Positions 1 through 12,090 of a stretch of 56,068 nt of DNA are shown here, in pieces. The stretch is from Girardia tigrina. Its lineage: Eukaryota. The stretch covers positions 1 through 56,068 of the forward strand of contig MQRK01195294.1 of the NCBI GenBank assembly GCA_001938485.1, read 5' to 3'. Below the pieces are notes generated by a model. That model ran no database searches. It saw nothing but the letters and a program-made list of their open reading frames with translations, and had not been told where the DNA came from. How positions within the stretch are numbered: the stretch's first letter is position 1; every line of letters begins with the position of its first letter. The translations under genes were made by a program, and so were the position numbers.

Positions 1-704
1 CTAATATTAAAATGTTACTTGTGTACATTAGATGATTATACAGATGTTATGTATTATATTGAAGTATAATAGAAGTTTTCACATGCAGATTTTACATGTA
101 AAATAAAATGTTATGTATCATGGTTACCGTAACCACGGTACTTGTGATTTTACTTGTGTACATTAGGAGATTCATGAGGTATTGTTTGATGGTAAACAAC
201 ATACATATATCATATGGGTTTCAGATATATACGAAAATATAGATTTTNNNNNNNNNNNNNNNNNNNNNNNNNNNNNNNNNNNNNNNNNNNNNNNNNNNNN
301 NNNNNNNNNNNNNNNNNNNNNNNNNNNNNNNNNNNNNNNNNNNNNNNNNNNNNNNNNNNNNNNNNNNNNNNNNNNNNNNNNNNNNNNNNNNNNNNNNNNN
401 NNNNNNNNNNNNNNNNNNNNNNNNNNNNNNNNNNNNNNNNNNNNNNNNNNNNNNNNNNNNNNNNNNNNNNNNNNNNNNNNNNNNNNNNNNNNNNNNNNNN
501 NNATATCGATTTATGACACTGATACTTTTGAAAAATCTTATGTATTGATTTTTACAATTTTACACATGTGCAACTTAAAAAGCACTGTGCTAGCACATTA
601 GAAATGTGCGGCAAAATGTACGCTATCGATTAGCACTTTTAAAATATCGATTAACACATTTGGACACTGTGCAGTGATCGATTAGCACTTTTTTCTACGG
701 TCCA

Positions 705-1200
705 TAGTTACGGGGTCACGGTTGCTATGGATACGGGAACCGTTACCATGGTTACAACCGCCTTCGATCACTGTATCCGTTGCTGATGAAAAACGTCCCT
801 TGGTTACCGTTACCCAGTGACCCGGAACCGTTACCAAGTGACCCGGAACCGTTGCTAGGGTGATCGCGACCGTTGCTAGGGTGANNNNNNNNNNNNNNNN
901 NNNNNNNNNNNNNNNNNNNNNNNNNNNNNNNNNNNNNNNNNNNNNNNNNNNNNNNNNNNNNNNNNNNNNNNNNNNNNNNNNNNNNNNNNNNNNNNNNNNN
1001 NNNNNNNNNNNNNNNNNNNNNNNNNNNNNNNNNNNNNNNNNNNNNNNNNNNCAAGGTGATCGCGACCGTTGCTAGGGACCCGGCGGCCAATCGGAAACGT
1101 TGCCAAGGTGATCGCGACCGTTGCCATGGTAACCGCGACCGTTGCTATGGTGATCGCGACCGTTGCCATGATAACTTTGACCGTTGCCATGGCAACCACG
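705..1200. repeat. 21-bp-period GC-rich minisatellite built from X-box-like palindromes (interrupted by N gap 885-1051)
   Basis: Units start at 721, 742, 809, 830, 851, 872, 1099, 1120, 1141, 1162 and 1183. Core is GTTRCYAWGGYRAY, with a perfect GTTGCCATGGCAAC at 1183-1196. Confidence 0.9.
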
Positions 1201-2229
1201 GTAACTAGTTACACCCCCCCAGGGGGGTGGTGGAGAACATACATTTTTCCCCTACTCAAGAGCTTCAGATAATACAGTTACTGCAGAATATGAAAATACT
1301 GGATTTTATATTCGAAAAATATAAAGATAAGCAATGCATTGAATGCTTCAGTCTTACGCGTTTATTTGGATTCATTCAGAATTATAAGCGATTTATCTAT
1401 AACGTATTCATTTAATTAACATTAATACGAAATGTAGATTTAAAAAGTATTTTTTTTATCAGTAAGATGGAGTTAAACCATCCCTTACATTTAATTTTTT
1501 GCAATTGTACATTGATCAACTAACTTTGTATCCTAAAACACAACTAGATTTAGTTAATAGATTAAACATAAATAATCCAATTTATGTGAGTTATCTTCAT
1601 AGAATCTCAACTGAATGTACTTTAACAACAGAAAACAGTTTTTGTTAAAATGTTTCCTATTTAGATTACTTAAAGATTTTTATAATTGTCGGATTTAAGG
1701 ATCCAGCTTTTGCTTAACGAACAAATGATTCGAAATTTATTTTAAATAATAATGGAAGTGAAGAATCCAAAGGAGAATTGAGTTTACAAATCAAATTAAG
1801 TAATATCTATTATCCAATAAATCCGATGAAAACAGATGAGACCAAAAATTATTTATATGATGCGTTAAGTTATCGACGGTCATAATAATATCCAGTGCTG
1901 ATGATTCAAGTTTTCAATGCAAGTCTATTCTTGTAAAATTAGACCATGACCAATAACGTATAATTCGATGAGCTCTCATACAAGCATAATAAATATTGTT
2001 TAATTTTAATAACTTTCATCTCTTAATATAAATTATCTTTCTCTGTAATTTATTTTTACTTTAATAAAAAATATTTCAAAATATTTTATTTTGTCATTTT
2101 CGAAGTGTGCGGTGCAAAATGATGTGACACAAATAAATAAATAATCTTACCAACATAAATAAATAAATAAAAGAGATAGATTAAGCAAATTCAGTTATAT
2201 GAGGGACAGAGAGAATAAAATTAAATAAA

Positions 2230-3033
2230 TCAAACATAAATAAAAGTGTTTTGATCGAAAATTCCAATTATTTCAAGAGATTTCGCCGGATTTGATTCTG
2301 TAGACCATCTGCCGACTGATCCTTCTTCGATCGCATATAACAGTTTCGGGTAATTAGGCCCAAATGTGTTTTCATTTGTTACAAAGGTGCAGTCGGTCGT
2401 AGTGTCATGTACCGCCAGAGCTCCATAATCTCCACTGCATGTAGTATACATTTTATTAATAAAAAATGATCTACTCCTGGATGTATCTCCATCGATGCTA
2501 AAGTAATTATAATTAATATTTAGCAAACTCTGAGTATTCCATGGATAAGAATCATTCAGATTGTTCTTACTAAACCAAGATTTTATATCATCATTGTTCT
2601 TGACGGTAAAGAGGAGCCACGCCACAACCTCATCCTTCCCACCTCTCACTGTCACATTCATATAAATCGGTCGAATGTTACTCCATTCATCCAGCAAAAT
2701 GCTCCTAAAATTAGCAGAATAATTTACATTTCCTTCAACCACATTCTTTTGGACATTGTTAAACATTGAAAAAAAATTAGTTGAAGAAACACCACTTCCG
2801 CTGACGACCCTAAATAAGATTACATTATTCGAAAGTTTTCTATATGTATTCTGTGGAAAATTTTGATTCATCATTGAGGAAATAGATTGAGGAATGTAGC
2901 AAGATTCGTTCATCGTTATAAAATATCTTCGGCCTTTACTCAACGCGACTGATCCACATCTCACACGGATCGGATCCGCAATTGAACAATTAATCAAAAC
3001 TTGAATTATTAATAATAAACAAAAATATTTCAT
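2230..3033 (-). CDS. Single-exon secreted protein (267 aa) with an uncharacterised domain of a type seen in invertebrate extracellular proteins
   Basis: Uninterrupted ATG-to-TGA ORF in very AT-rich DNA. Hydrophobic signal peptide MKYFCLLLIIQVLINCSIA. Motifs WFSKNNL, YFSIDG, RSFFINKMYTTCSGDYG resemble a recurring invertebrate domain (from memory). Confidence 0.8.
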   Translation of the reverse strand: MKYFCLLLIIQVLINCSIADPIRVRCGSVALSKGRRYFITMNESCYIPQSISSMMNQNFPQNTYRKLSNNVILFRVVSGSGVSSTNFFSMFNNVQKNVVEGNVNYSANFRSILLDEWSNIRPIYMNVTVRGGKDEVVAWLLFTVKNNDDIKSWFSKNNLNDSYPWNTQSLLNINYNYFSIDGDTSRSRSFFINKMYTTCSGDYGALAVHDTTTDCTFVTNENTFGPNYPKLLYAIEEGSVGRWSTESNPAKSLEIIGIFDQNTFIYV

Positions 3034-3464
3034 TAAAAATGTTCAAATGATTCAATAAATAAATATTTCAATCACTTATATCATTATTATTTACTTTATA
3101 TTTTATTAGCAAATGAAAGGTAAAGAAAGTTAAATGAATCTCATTTGTTACAGTTTGAGTTATCAAAATTTGGGATACATCATTCCATATTGCTTGTATT
3201 ATCATTATTTTGTTTAATTGCACTGATAAACTTGTAAACATTTTCATATCATTGATGTTATAGTTTAATCCTTGCTTAGAAACGATATCAATATTTTATC
3301 AATATCAATATAACACTTCAATTTAAAATCTAACGATGAAAATTTAATATAAGTTATTAACTAAAGAACACAGTACATATAGACCTGGTCTTGCGACCGT
3401 TTTCCGCTCCACGAGACTAACGTAAAGTAATCAGGGTAAATGAACAAAAATATAAAGGCCCAGT

Positions 3465-3687
3465 GTGAGTTTAGGTTTTGAACCAAATTTCGAAGAAAAA
3501 TCAAACATCTTTAGTTTTTTCCATAAGGCATAAGTTAATATTTTTTTACTGTTCTCATATTTCTTTTATTCTAACATTTCTTTGAAAAAATGGTCCAGTT
3601 TCATTTGGTTTCATTGTTGCTTCCATTTATCGTAAAATCATGACACAAGACTGAACCTTACTGGGATGCTTCTTTTAACATTTGTGC
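3465..3687. repeat. Interspersed repeat copy 1 (homologous to about 9105-9305), cut off at the hAT terminus
   Basis: Shared collinear strings: tgag(t/a)ttaggttt, tttttactgttctca, tttgaaaa, gtccagtttca, gatgctt(c/g)tttta. Confidence 0.7.
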
Positions 3688-6600
3688 CAGAGGCGTAACT
3701 AGGTTTTTAACGCCCTTGGCTAATTTATTTTCGGCGCCCTGGACAAATTGTCAAATTGACAAATTTAAGCTTTGTGACTTTTTCAATTGTTAGAAAACAA
3801 TAACTGAATTTTTCTTATTTTATATATGACAATAATTACGTAGTCTGACAGTGGCATTCATACCACGTGGATATCAAAAATGCAAAAGACAGGAACAATA
3901 CAAATTTACAGTTTATTATTTACTAAATAATACTAAATAAATTGGAGGATAAAACTGGATATTGCTGCGTTAATACAGACTACAGTAATACTTGATGTAT
4001 CATCATCATGTATTATAAATTGAAACAATATTGTCAATGTGTCATTCTTACAAACTCATATATAAAGATACAAACAGTAACAAAGTTAAACAAACTCACA
4101 ATTTGAATTAAATTTAAGTAACACTACACTGATACACTCTATACAAGGGCTCAAAGCTTAACTTTTCTTGCTTTAATGTTATCAAAATTTGTGATTATTT
4201 CATCGAAGTTTATTTGACTGGTAAGTCCACATTCGATGGAAAGAAGAGCTAGAGATGATGTGCCTTGTTGGCCTGACGTCGATCTCAAGTAGTTTTTAAT
4301 AATTTTTAGTTTGCTGAAACTCCTTTCAGCGGTGGCTACTGTGGTTGGCATTGTAAGAAATGCTTTCAGAGCTCGTTCGATATTCGGGTACGTTTCTTGC
4401 AATTCCCATGTAGCGAGAACATTTAAAAGATCTAAATGATACATGTCATCGGGTTTTTGTTTTGCCATAGTTCAATCATTTGATGTTTAAAGCATTTTAT
4501 TTCAACTATAAATTGCTCTTTGTTTATTTCCGGATATTTGACTGATAATAAACCAGCTTTAGATTCTAAATCTTCCATTGCAAAAGATTGAAAGGCTTTG
4601 CCAGTCAGAAAATTAAAATCTTCTGCTATATTATTCAGAGAAATAAATCTGTCTTTTAACTGCATCGTTATTGAATCAATGATTGCAAAACAAGAAATTT
4701 TGAATTTACCCAAGTTAGGTCCTTCATCTTCAGCATTCTCTTCTGGTATTCGTTTTCGTTTTGCTTTCCTTTTGTGAACTGGTTCGATTTTCATTTTAAT
4801 ACACGTTTCGTCAATTTTTGCTAAAATTTTATATATTTCGTTAGTTCTTAGATCTTCAAAGTCATTTACATGTCCTTTTATTAACAAAGATGATCGATAA
4901 ATATCCTGATCTTTTTTTTGTAGTGCTAAAATGACTTTGTTTATTTTTTCCAATATCAAATTCCAAATAGTTATAAACACAATGAACTTATAACTATTGA
5001 TTTGACGGTACAATGATTTAGCAACATATAATGCGTCACCAAGTGAATGATTATCCTTCATTTCATTTAATAGTAAAATAATTTGCTCCAGTTGCTCATA
5101 TACGGCACTAACAGCATTTGCTTTGGAACACCATCTTGTATCCGTATGCTTCTTTAGGCTGATTTCAGTGACTGAGGATATTTTTCTCATCTACTAGTTG
5201 ACGAGGAGAAAAAAGTGTACAATGCCTGTATAGTTCCGAAAAATGTCACAACATCTGCATTAATGCTTGCCGCGTGCACACCTACCAAATTAAGACTGTG
5301 TGCACAACACGGAATATACAGAGCAAGTGGATTCTCTTTTTGAAGTATGGCTTTAACTCCCTGCCATATTGGCCCTGTTATCGTAGCCTTGGCGACGTAC
5401 ATGTGCAAGTGATAAACCATTTTGAATTAATGCTGCTTTAATTTCCAAGGCAATTCCTTCTCCTGTTTTTCTCTGTTGTGTTTATGAAACCAACGAACCC
5501 CTCTTCAATCGTATATTTATTATCTGACAATTTCACATACCGAATAATTTCAGTTAATTGGTCTTTATGCGATACATCCGGAGTGCTATCAAATAGTATA
5601 CTATAATATTTAGCTTCTTGAATTTATTTTATTATTTCACTTTGTACTTTCGCTGATACCAAAATAATAAATTCTTTCTGGATTGTTGGCGACAAATAGC
5701 TAGCGTGATTTGCAATATGCGATTCAAGGAAATTTTTAAAACCAACATCAAACTGACTCACAAATTTTATCAGATTCAAAAATATACTACCATCTTGCTC
5801 ATGTCCACGAAAAGCCAAGTTATTTTCAGCACAAAACAATATACATTTTAATATTATAGTCAATATATGACGCCATTTTAAAATTTCGCTTTTCAGTGCT
5901 GCTTGTGCAATGTCGTCAATTAGTCCACCCTTTTCAAGTCCCTTTTCTAATAATTCCCATTTCGTAAAATTGTTTATGTGTTACCACGAATTCTCGTGAT
6001 TTTCAATTTGTGGGTTTAGATGTTTCCAGTCCCTAAATCCATCGGACTGAAAAAATGGAATATTATGTGCACCAGATACAAATAAGAGGCATGAAAAACA
6101 ATATACTGCAACTTTATTTTTGCAATAAAATAACCATTTCCTCTCTTTCTTTTCAATATCCTCATTTCTAAATATCCAGGAATTCTTAAAGCAGCGGCCA
6201 TTTGTGACAGGATACTTCTTTAACTCTACATGTTCTGGACCATGTTGAACTAGAAAAGATCTGGTATTTTTATAATTTAAATTCCATGTTGTTTGATCAT
6301 TTACATTCACATTTTCATATTCAGACTTATTATTATTACTCACATCAACTTCATTTTTTTCAAACAAGTCTTGTTCTGTATTCTACACAATTGTAACTTT
6401 TTTTAAAGAACAATCTTCAGCTTTTACTTCCGTAAGTTCCTTAGCAGGGGCATTAACTTCCACTTCAGTGTCATAGGCATTATCTTTACCATCCAGACGA
6501 TCCAGTCCATCCTTTGGACTTGAAGTATACACATTTTCATTGTCTCTTTAAGATTTTGAGTTGCTCGTTTTAAACCAGTTTTGTAAACCAATGTCATGTT

Positions 6601-7183
6601 TTAACTGTTCTTTCTCATTTTTTTCCTTAGCAAGTCGTTCTATGCGGTACTGATGTCCGTTTTTTTTTCTTCTTAAAGTTCTGATGCATGTCTAACTTTT
6701 AAGTTCAAATATATTTATTTTCTGAATAATGAATTTAATTAATAACTTACATATTCTTATTAAAAATTTATTAATTGATTTCAGTTAATAATATCGATAA
6801 AGTATTAATAACATTCAATTAATTCTTAAATCGCTTGCGAAACACTACAACTTTACAAAAAGTGCAGACTGTGCAGTTCAGTTGTTTTGTTGTTTCCTTC
6901 CGGTTCCGGTAGACTGCAGAGTTGCTAATAAAACCATATTGACATTTGTATGATAAGGAGCCCCACAAAGGCCAAAAACATATTAAAAAATATTATAATG
7001 GTTTAAATGAAATATATTTAAATAAAATTAATTATTAACTTTTCTGTTATCGTTAATCGAGGATAAAAGTGAAATATCTATTCAAAAAAAATTTTTATTA
7101 CAGATTTAGCGGCGCCCTTTTGAACTGGCGCAGGCCGGCGCCCTTGGCAACTACCCCAGTGCCAAGCCGTTGTTACGCCACTG
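3688..7183 (-). mobile_element. hAT DNA transposon (Tip100-like), near full length, decayed
   Basis: TIRs CAGAGGCGTAAC (3688) and GTTACGCCACTG (ends 7183). GGCGCCC subterminal motifs at both ends. Internal transposase. Confidence 0.9.
4151..6689 (-). pseudogene. hAT transposase (TTF-type zinc finger, DUF4371-like region, hATC dimerisation domain; ZMYM1-like), frameshifted
   Basis: WLFYCKNKVAVYCFSC...GFRDWK, LAFRGH, CCAHSLNL, DTRW, YPNI..ALKAFLTMPTTVATAERSFSKLKIIKNYLRST, spread over several frames. Confidence 0.93.
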
Positions 7184-8359
7184 TTAAGAAATAAGAGACC
7201 ACTGATCAATTTTCACCTGATCAATTTTCACCCGATCAATTGACAGTTCGGTCAACTTTAACAGGCGAACATGAACCGATTAATTTGCATTCAATCAAAA
7301 TAACAGACGTACCAAATAACCAATGTCTAATAAATACGGTAATTGAGATACAAATTTTAAAAAATTAGAATTGAAATTCCAAAATATTAACTTCGCAAAT
7401 TAAAATCATAGAAATGGAAAATAAAAATAGCCTTCCTTAGTAATGTCTCAGAGGTGACCGTCAAATGCAATGTTGTCTTCAGTAAACCCATTTTACTTGA
7501 ACATATTTCTAAAAATTGATTGTATATTTAAAAGTACTTCCAAAAATGCATAATCCTTCCATAAAAGTAAATTTCATCAATTGCACTTTACTCCACTCTT
7601 CCTCAACTTCGTCGATCTTTTGTATCATTCTTTTATCTCATCTATTAACATTCCGTCAATCATCTGACATGAACTAAAATAAAATTTAATTTTTATGTTT
7701 TAACAAAAGTTTTTAATAGTAATTTGTTTGATTAATTTGTTCCATTTTTAAAGATAAAACTTAAACATAAAAACTATGAGAAAGAGATGAGATAAAATAT
7801 TAAAATCGCAATGAATATATTCCATTTTATTAATTACTTTTAGTGGTTGATTGCTTTTCTTTAAACTTTTTTATAGTTAATAGTTTAATTTTTAACAATT
7901 CCGTTTTCGATAGTCTTTTATCGGGTTGATCTGTTAGGATAGTCATCATGCTACGATCATCCTTTGATGACGAATTTAGGAATTCTGTTTGTCTTTCATT
8001 GATGTGTTTATATATATATATATATATATAATATAAATTTGATTGGGATTCACTGCTTCTCAATATTCAATTGAGTAAGTTATTAAAGAGATTTAGAGAT
8101 GATTAAAGAAGGTAGGTTACTGATAAGAAAATGAATTTAGCTTTTGATAGGTTGATGATCAATAAGAGAATTCATAACTTTAAAATTTATTTCTCTAACT
8201 ATTAACTATTTTTTAAAAACATTTTGATTTTTTTATAATGTTTTAGCATAAAATGTGGATTGGTGGACTTCATTTGGGGGGATTCCAGTAGAAAATTCAA
8301 TTTTTTTCAATATTTTTTGTTTTTATTATTTCACAACCATCCCATCATTATCGAAACGC

Positions 8360-8581
8360 GATCATATTTCCATAAAGCTCCAGGGAGATCTCGGTGACTT
8401 CACGTTTAGGGTCACTCTTGATGCGCGCATTTGTGACATTTTATCGTCACTGAAGGGCGATGATAACTCTCGAGTCTGGCTAGTATGGGGTACCAAGACG
8501 CTTCGCCCACACCTAACTTGGTCCGCATATAATGTACAGAACGAAAGCAAAAGCACCATACATCGCGTCTTTCTGGGTGGT
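8360..8581 (+). pseudogene. Ubiquitin-like domain ending in LGG, N-terminal to a Gag remnant
   Basis: LVWGTKTLRPHLTWSAYNVQNESKSTIHRVFLGG aligns by eye to ubiquitin [34 protein letters not shown]. Confidence 0.7.
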
Positions 8582-9030
8582 TTGAATAATAAACCAGACG
8601 AAAGAGAAGATATCAACGCGATATCCCTGCCCACTGCACCACAACCGTATTTTCTGGACGCGAAGGGATCAACCCAGGGTTGGTAAGACATCAACAAGAT
8701 GCAATTTAGGATCCAAAAGTTGACCAACCAAGTTGCAATGTTCCACCACGCATAATGCGTATTCCCACTAGAGCTTATGCAGTCCGTTGCGGCACACCTA
8801 GCGACGATAGGATATCACGAAGGAACACGCATTGGTCAGAAGCATTTCCGATGAGGAGCATCGCAACCGAGAGAATTTTTGATATTGTTGTCAAAAATTA
8901 GATCGCCAGATTTGGCGTTCCATAGCGCATCATCACAGACCAAGGCCGCCAATTTGAGTCCAACATTTTCACCAACCTGCTCCAAAGGCTGGGAACTCAA
9001 CGACTTAAAACCACGGCATTTCATCCACAT
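8582..9030 (+). mobile_element. Internally deleted Ty3/Gypsy remnant: Gag N-terminus (about 8610-8815) joined to integrase core (8826-9030)
   Basis: INAISLPTAPQPYF...QGW*DINKMQFRIQKLTNQVAMFHHA matches the AVS.KLP.FW...WF...E.QF...IT...T.F.H gag pattern. THWSEAFPM...IARFGVP*RIITDQGRQFES...KTTAFHP is a classic integrase core. Confidence 0.8.
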
Positions 9031-9104
9031 GCCTTTATTGAAACATTAGAGGACATTTTAGACATTAAAATCCAGAGTAAAATGAATGAAACATAACGGT
9101 CGGT

Positions 9105-9305
9105 ATGAGATTAGGTTTCGAGTCAAATTTATAAGAAAATCGAACATGATTATTTTTACATATCCAAAAGTTTATATTTTTTACTGTTCTCACATTTTTT
9201 GAAAACTTTGTCCAGTTTCAATTGCTCTAATCGTTGATTCTTTTCCTGCAGAATCAAGCCATAAGAGCGAACTGCAACTGTGATGCTTGTTTTACCACTT
9301 GCCCT
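9105..9305. repeat. Interspersed repeat copy 2 (homologous to 3465-3687)
   Basis: Collinear similarity to 3465-3687. Confidence 0.7.
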
Positions 9306-9639
9306 TCAATTGACATTTCGGTAAAGAAATCATCTGTCAACTTTTCTTCAGAATAAAAGATGTTAGTTCAAACAGCTATTTTTAGCTTTTTCCCTAAAGT
9401 CTCATTTTATCTTCTTTTCTTTTTTTTGCGATTTTCTGATTGAGGAGGATTTAAGAACTCCTTTTTGGTCATTTTAAAATCCTATATTCATCGAAGGTGG
9501 TCTTAAGCTGTCCCAAAAGTCCTCAGGTGGCCTTTAAAAACACACTAATACTTTACCAAATTTAACCAAATTTGGACTGAATATTATTCAGACTGTCATA
9601 TATACTGTGTTAAAAATTCAAAAAATAAAATTTGAAACT

Positions 9640-10620
9640 TTGTTCATCATGGAGCAGATGTCCGTTTCGCTCTCCGTCGCAAATTGGTTCCAAATTATGA
9701 AAAGCCCAAGGCCGCAGTCTATCATGGTAAGAAATTTTGCTGCCCCAACGTGTGTTACATCCACAGCAACTCGGGTCACAATTTCCTTATCCCAAGATCA
9801 CCTCTCTCCCACTGAATTGATGATGGGTCGATTGATGTGCACTGCTCGCACTCCTGAATCACTGCTCTGATTTGGTCTTCTGACACCTTTCCCGGATCCC
9901 ATATTTTACTTGCTAGGTACTAGGTACTCTTCTTATGCCGAAAGGATGCATCTCGTAGAGTTGCTTGAGACCGATTCCCGTTGATCTCCGACAGTTACAG
10001 CTGCTGCCACCGCATGATTTCTGGCTAATGTCATCCTGCTGGCTGGAACCCGAATTAGTGCGTCCACTTTATTTTCTTCTGATCGGACCAGTGTTATGGT
10101 GACTTTCAATTTCTCTTCCTTTACGAGTTGTTTAAATATGATCACTCGCCACATGATTAGAATCTCGCTGAGTGCCTGAGATCTAATCAGTTCGTGCCCG
10201 ACAGTGCCGATGAGAGCCATTTGCTGACTGTTGCTGAGTCGGTTAATATTTCAAATTCCCGAATTACCCATTTAACTTTTCTTTAAGTGCGTGGTTTGCG
10301 GCGTCCAATTAAGCTAAATTTATGTGATTAGTGTCATCTTTCTGACGCAACCAACAGATATCCTCGACGACAACGCCGTCTATTTCGATTCATATACCGA
10401 TCGCGATCGATCTTGTGTTGAACCACATACGGCCCCTCTCTTCTGACACATTTCCCGGATCCCTGTATTTCCCATTCGCCACTGGCCAAATCTTCTGTTT
10501 GGACCCTGTGCGCCAACTGTCGAGCTATTTCTGCGATTTCCGGTTCCACGACCATGTACAATCCACAGTCGCTGGCCATCCTTTTGATGATAATGTACAC
10601 CGGCCGTAACTTTATCTTCG
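9640..10620 (-). mobile_element. Decayed Ty3/Gypsy pol fragment (RNase H end and integrase start)
   Basis: RSQALSEILI...VTITLVRSEENKVDALIRVP (RNase H end) and RVAVDVTHVGAAKFLTMIDCG (integrase core) on the minus strand. Confidence 0.75.
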
Positions 10621-11279
10621 CTCCTTGTCTGTAACTATTATTTTCAAAATTAAATTATCGAGAATATCAAAACGCCACACGTACGCTCTGCAATTAAGAA
10701 GCTGCACAATCAACTGTCACTAAAGACTGTTTACGATTTTTTATTACATAAAAATTTAGGAAATTGATATTTAATGAATCAAAAGAAAATTTTGAAATAT
10801 GCCTTCCACATCTGAAAAATCAATTTATACAAACTTTTTTCCGACAGAATCATTTTTCTTCGGAAAAAAATGTGAATAATGTAACATATATTAGAAAAAA
10901 TAGTTTCTTTGCTAAATTATTTAAATTTAAATAATACAATGGTTTTGATGAAATTAAAAAAATCTGTTCCTTCGAAATTTGACAAAGTATCGACGGTAAT
11001 TTCAAGAATCAATTATTTCATTTGAAATATTTTCATTGATTCACATTTTTTAAATTTAAAATTTATTTATAATTTAACAAAAAATTGAAATACGAGAAAC
11101 TGAATCGAAATTGACATTTGCGACGATTCATAAAATTAATTTAGTTTTCGATAAATTGAAATTTGAAATTTTGTTTTAATATTCATAATTTAAATTTGAA
11201 CGAATTTGAAAATGAATCAAGAATTTACTCCTTTCGAGATTCCGTTGGACCAGCTGGTTTGTCGATTGTTCTAATTACG

Positions 11280-12090
11280 TTTTTCTACACAAAATTCTCT
11301 GAATTTTATTTGGACATTCTTTAATTTTTTTGCACGCAAATTTTTAATCGAAATAAATTTACAATCATAATTATTAACATCACACGTATTTGAGTGTAAA
11401 CATTTATTAACAACACAAACAGATTCTTCACAACAATTCTCAGTAAGCATCTTTCTTTGATTAATATAGTTTTTGTTTATGTATTCAAATTCAAAAAATC
11501 AATTAATGGGAAAATTTTAATATTAACTTTTCAATTCTCAAAATTTTATTGGATAAAAATGCAATAATTAATTTTTAAAATATATTAAGTTTAATAAGTT
11601 AAAATCGTTTACTAAAAATATTATTCAAATTTATAGTTATAAAACTTTAATTAATTAGTACTTAAAATTAATATCATTAAATTAATTTCATTAGATTCAA
11701 ATAATCAATCAATAAACATATAAATCCCATCTGAGTAGGAGAGTCACAATCCATAATCAACACACAACATTGAAATACAAAACGTTTCAAATATTCCTCA
11801 CATCCCCCTCCATTATCCATTACTGATTACATTTCTACCATCCTCTAATTCCTATTCATAACTTTTTTCATGCATTCGATTTTTTACTGTGACTGGACCC
11901 ATATTTCATTTTTTTTTATTTTCCTTCTTTATCAACAATTTGTCCCCAGTATGAAATATTCGTTTTGTCTCTATCGTATTTTCGCTCTTTTCCTTCTTGT
12001 CACGATTCTGTTTCTTGTTATCTTTCCGCTTATGTCTTAGCTTTCTACCAAATATCATTTCTGCTGGTGAGATTCCCGTGGTAGCTTGTA
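11280..12090 (-). mobile_element. 3' end of a Gypsy element: integrase C-terminus, PPT and LTR (LTR starts TGTGAGG at 11802 and runs leftward; far end uncertain)
   Basis: QATTGISPAEMIFGRKLR and GPVTV...SYE. PPT GGAGGGGGA (11803-11811) abuts TGTGAGGAAT. LTR shared with copies at 19531, 22894 and 35946. Confidence 0.75.

Noticed and set aside
705-1200. CRISPR-like array
   Set aside because: Linkers are only 7 bp and similar to each other, there are no cas genes, and the context is eukaryotic.
182-1272. ORFs crossing N gaps or the minisatellite (also 16350-16619, 35499, 46526, 47601)
   Set aside because: They are open only because of Ns or repeat periodicity.
7195-7680. GATCAATTTTCACC repeats and a possible MULE remnant
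   Set aside because: No partner end or diagnostic motif was found.
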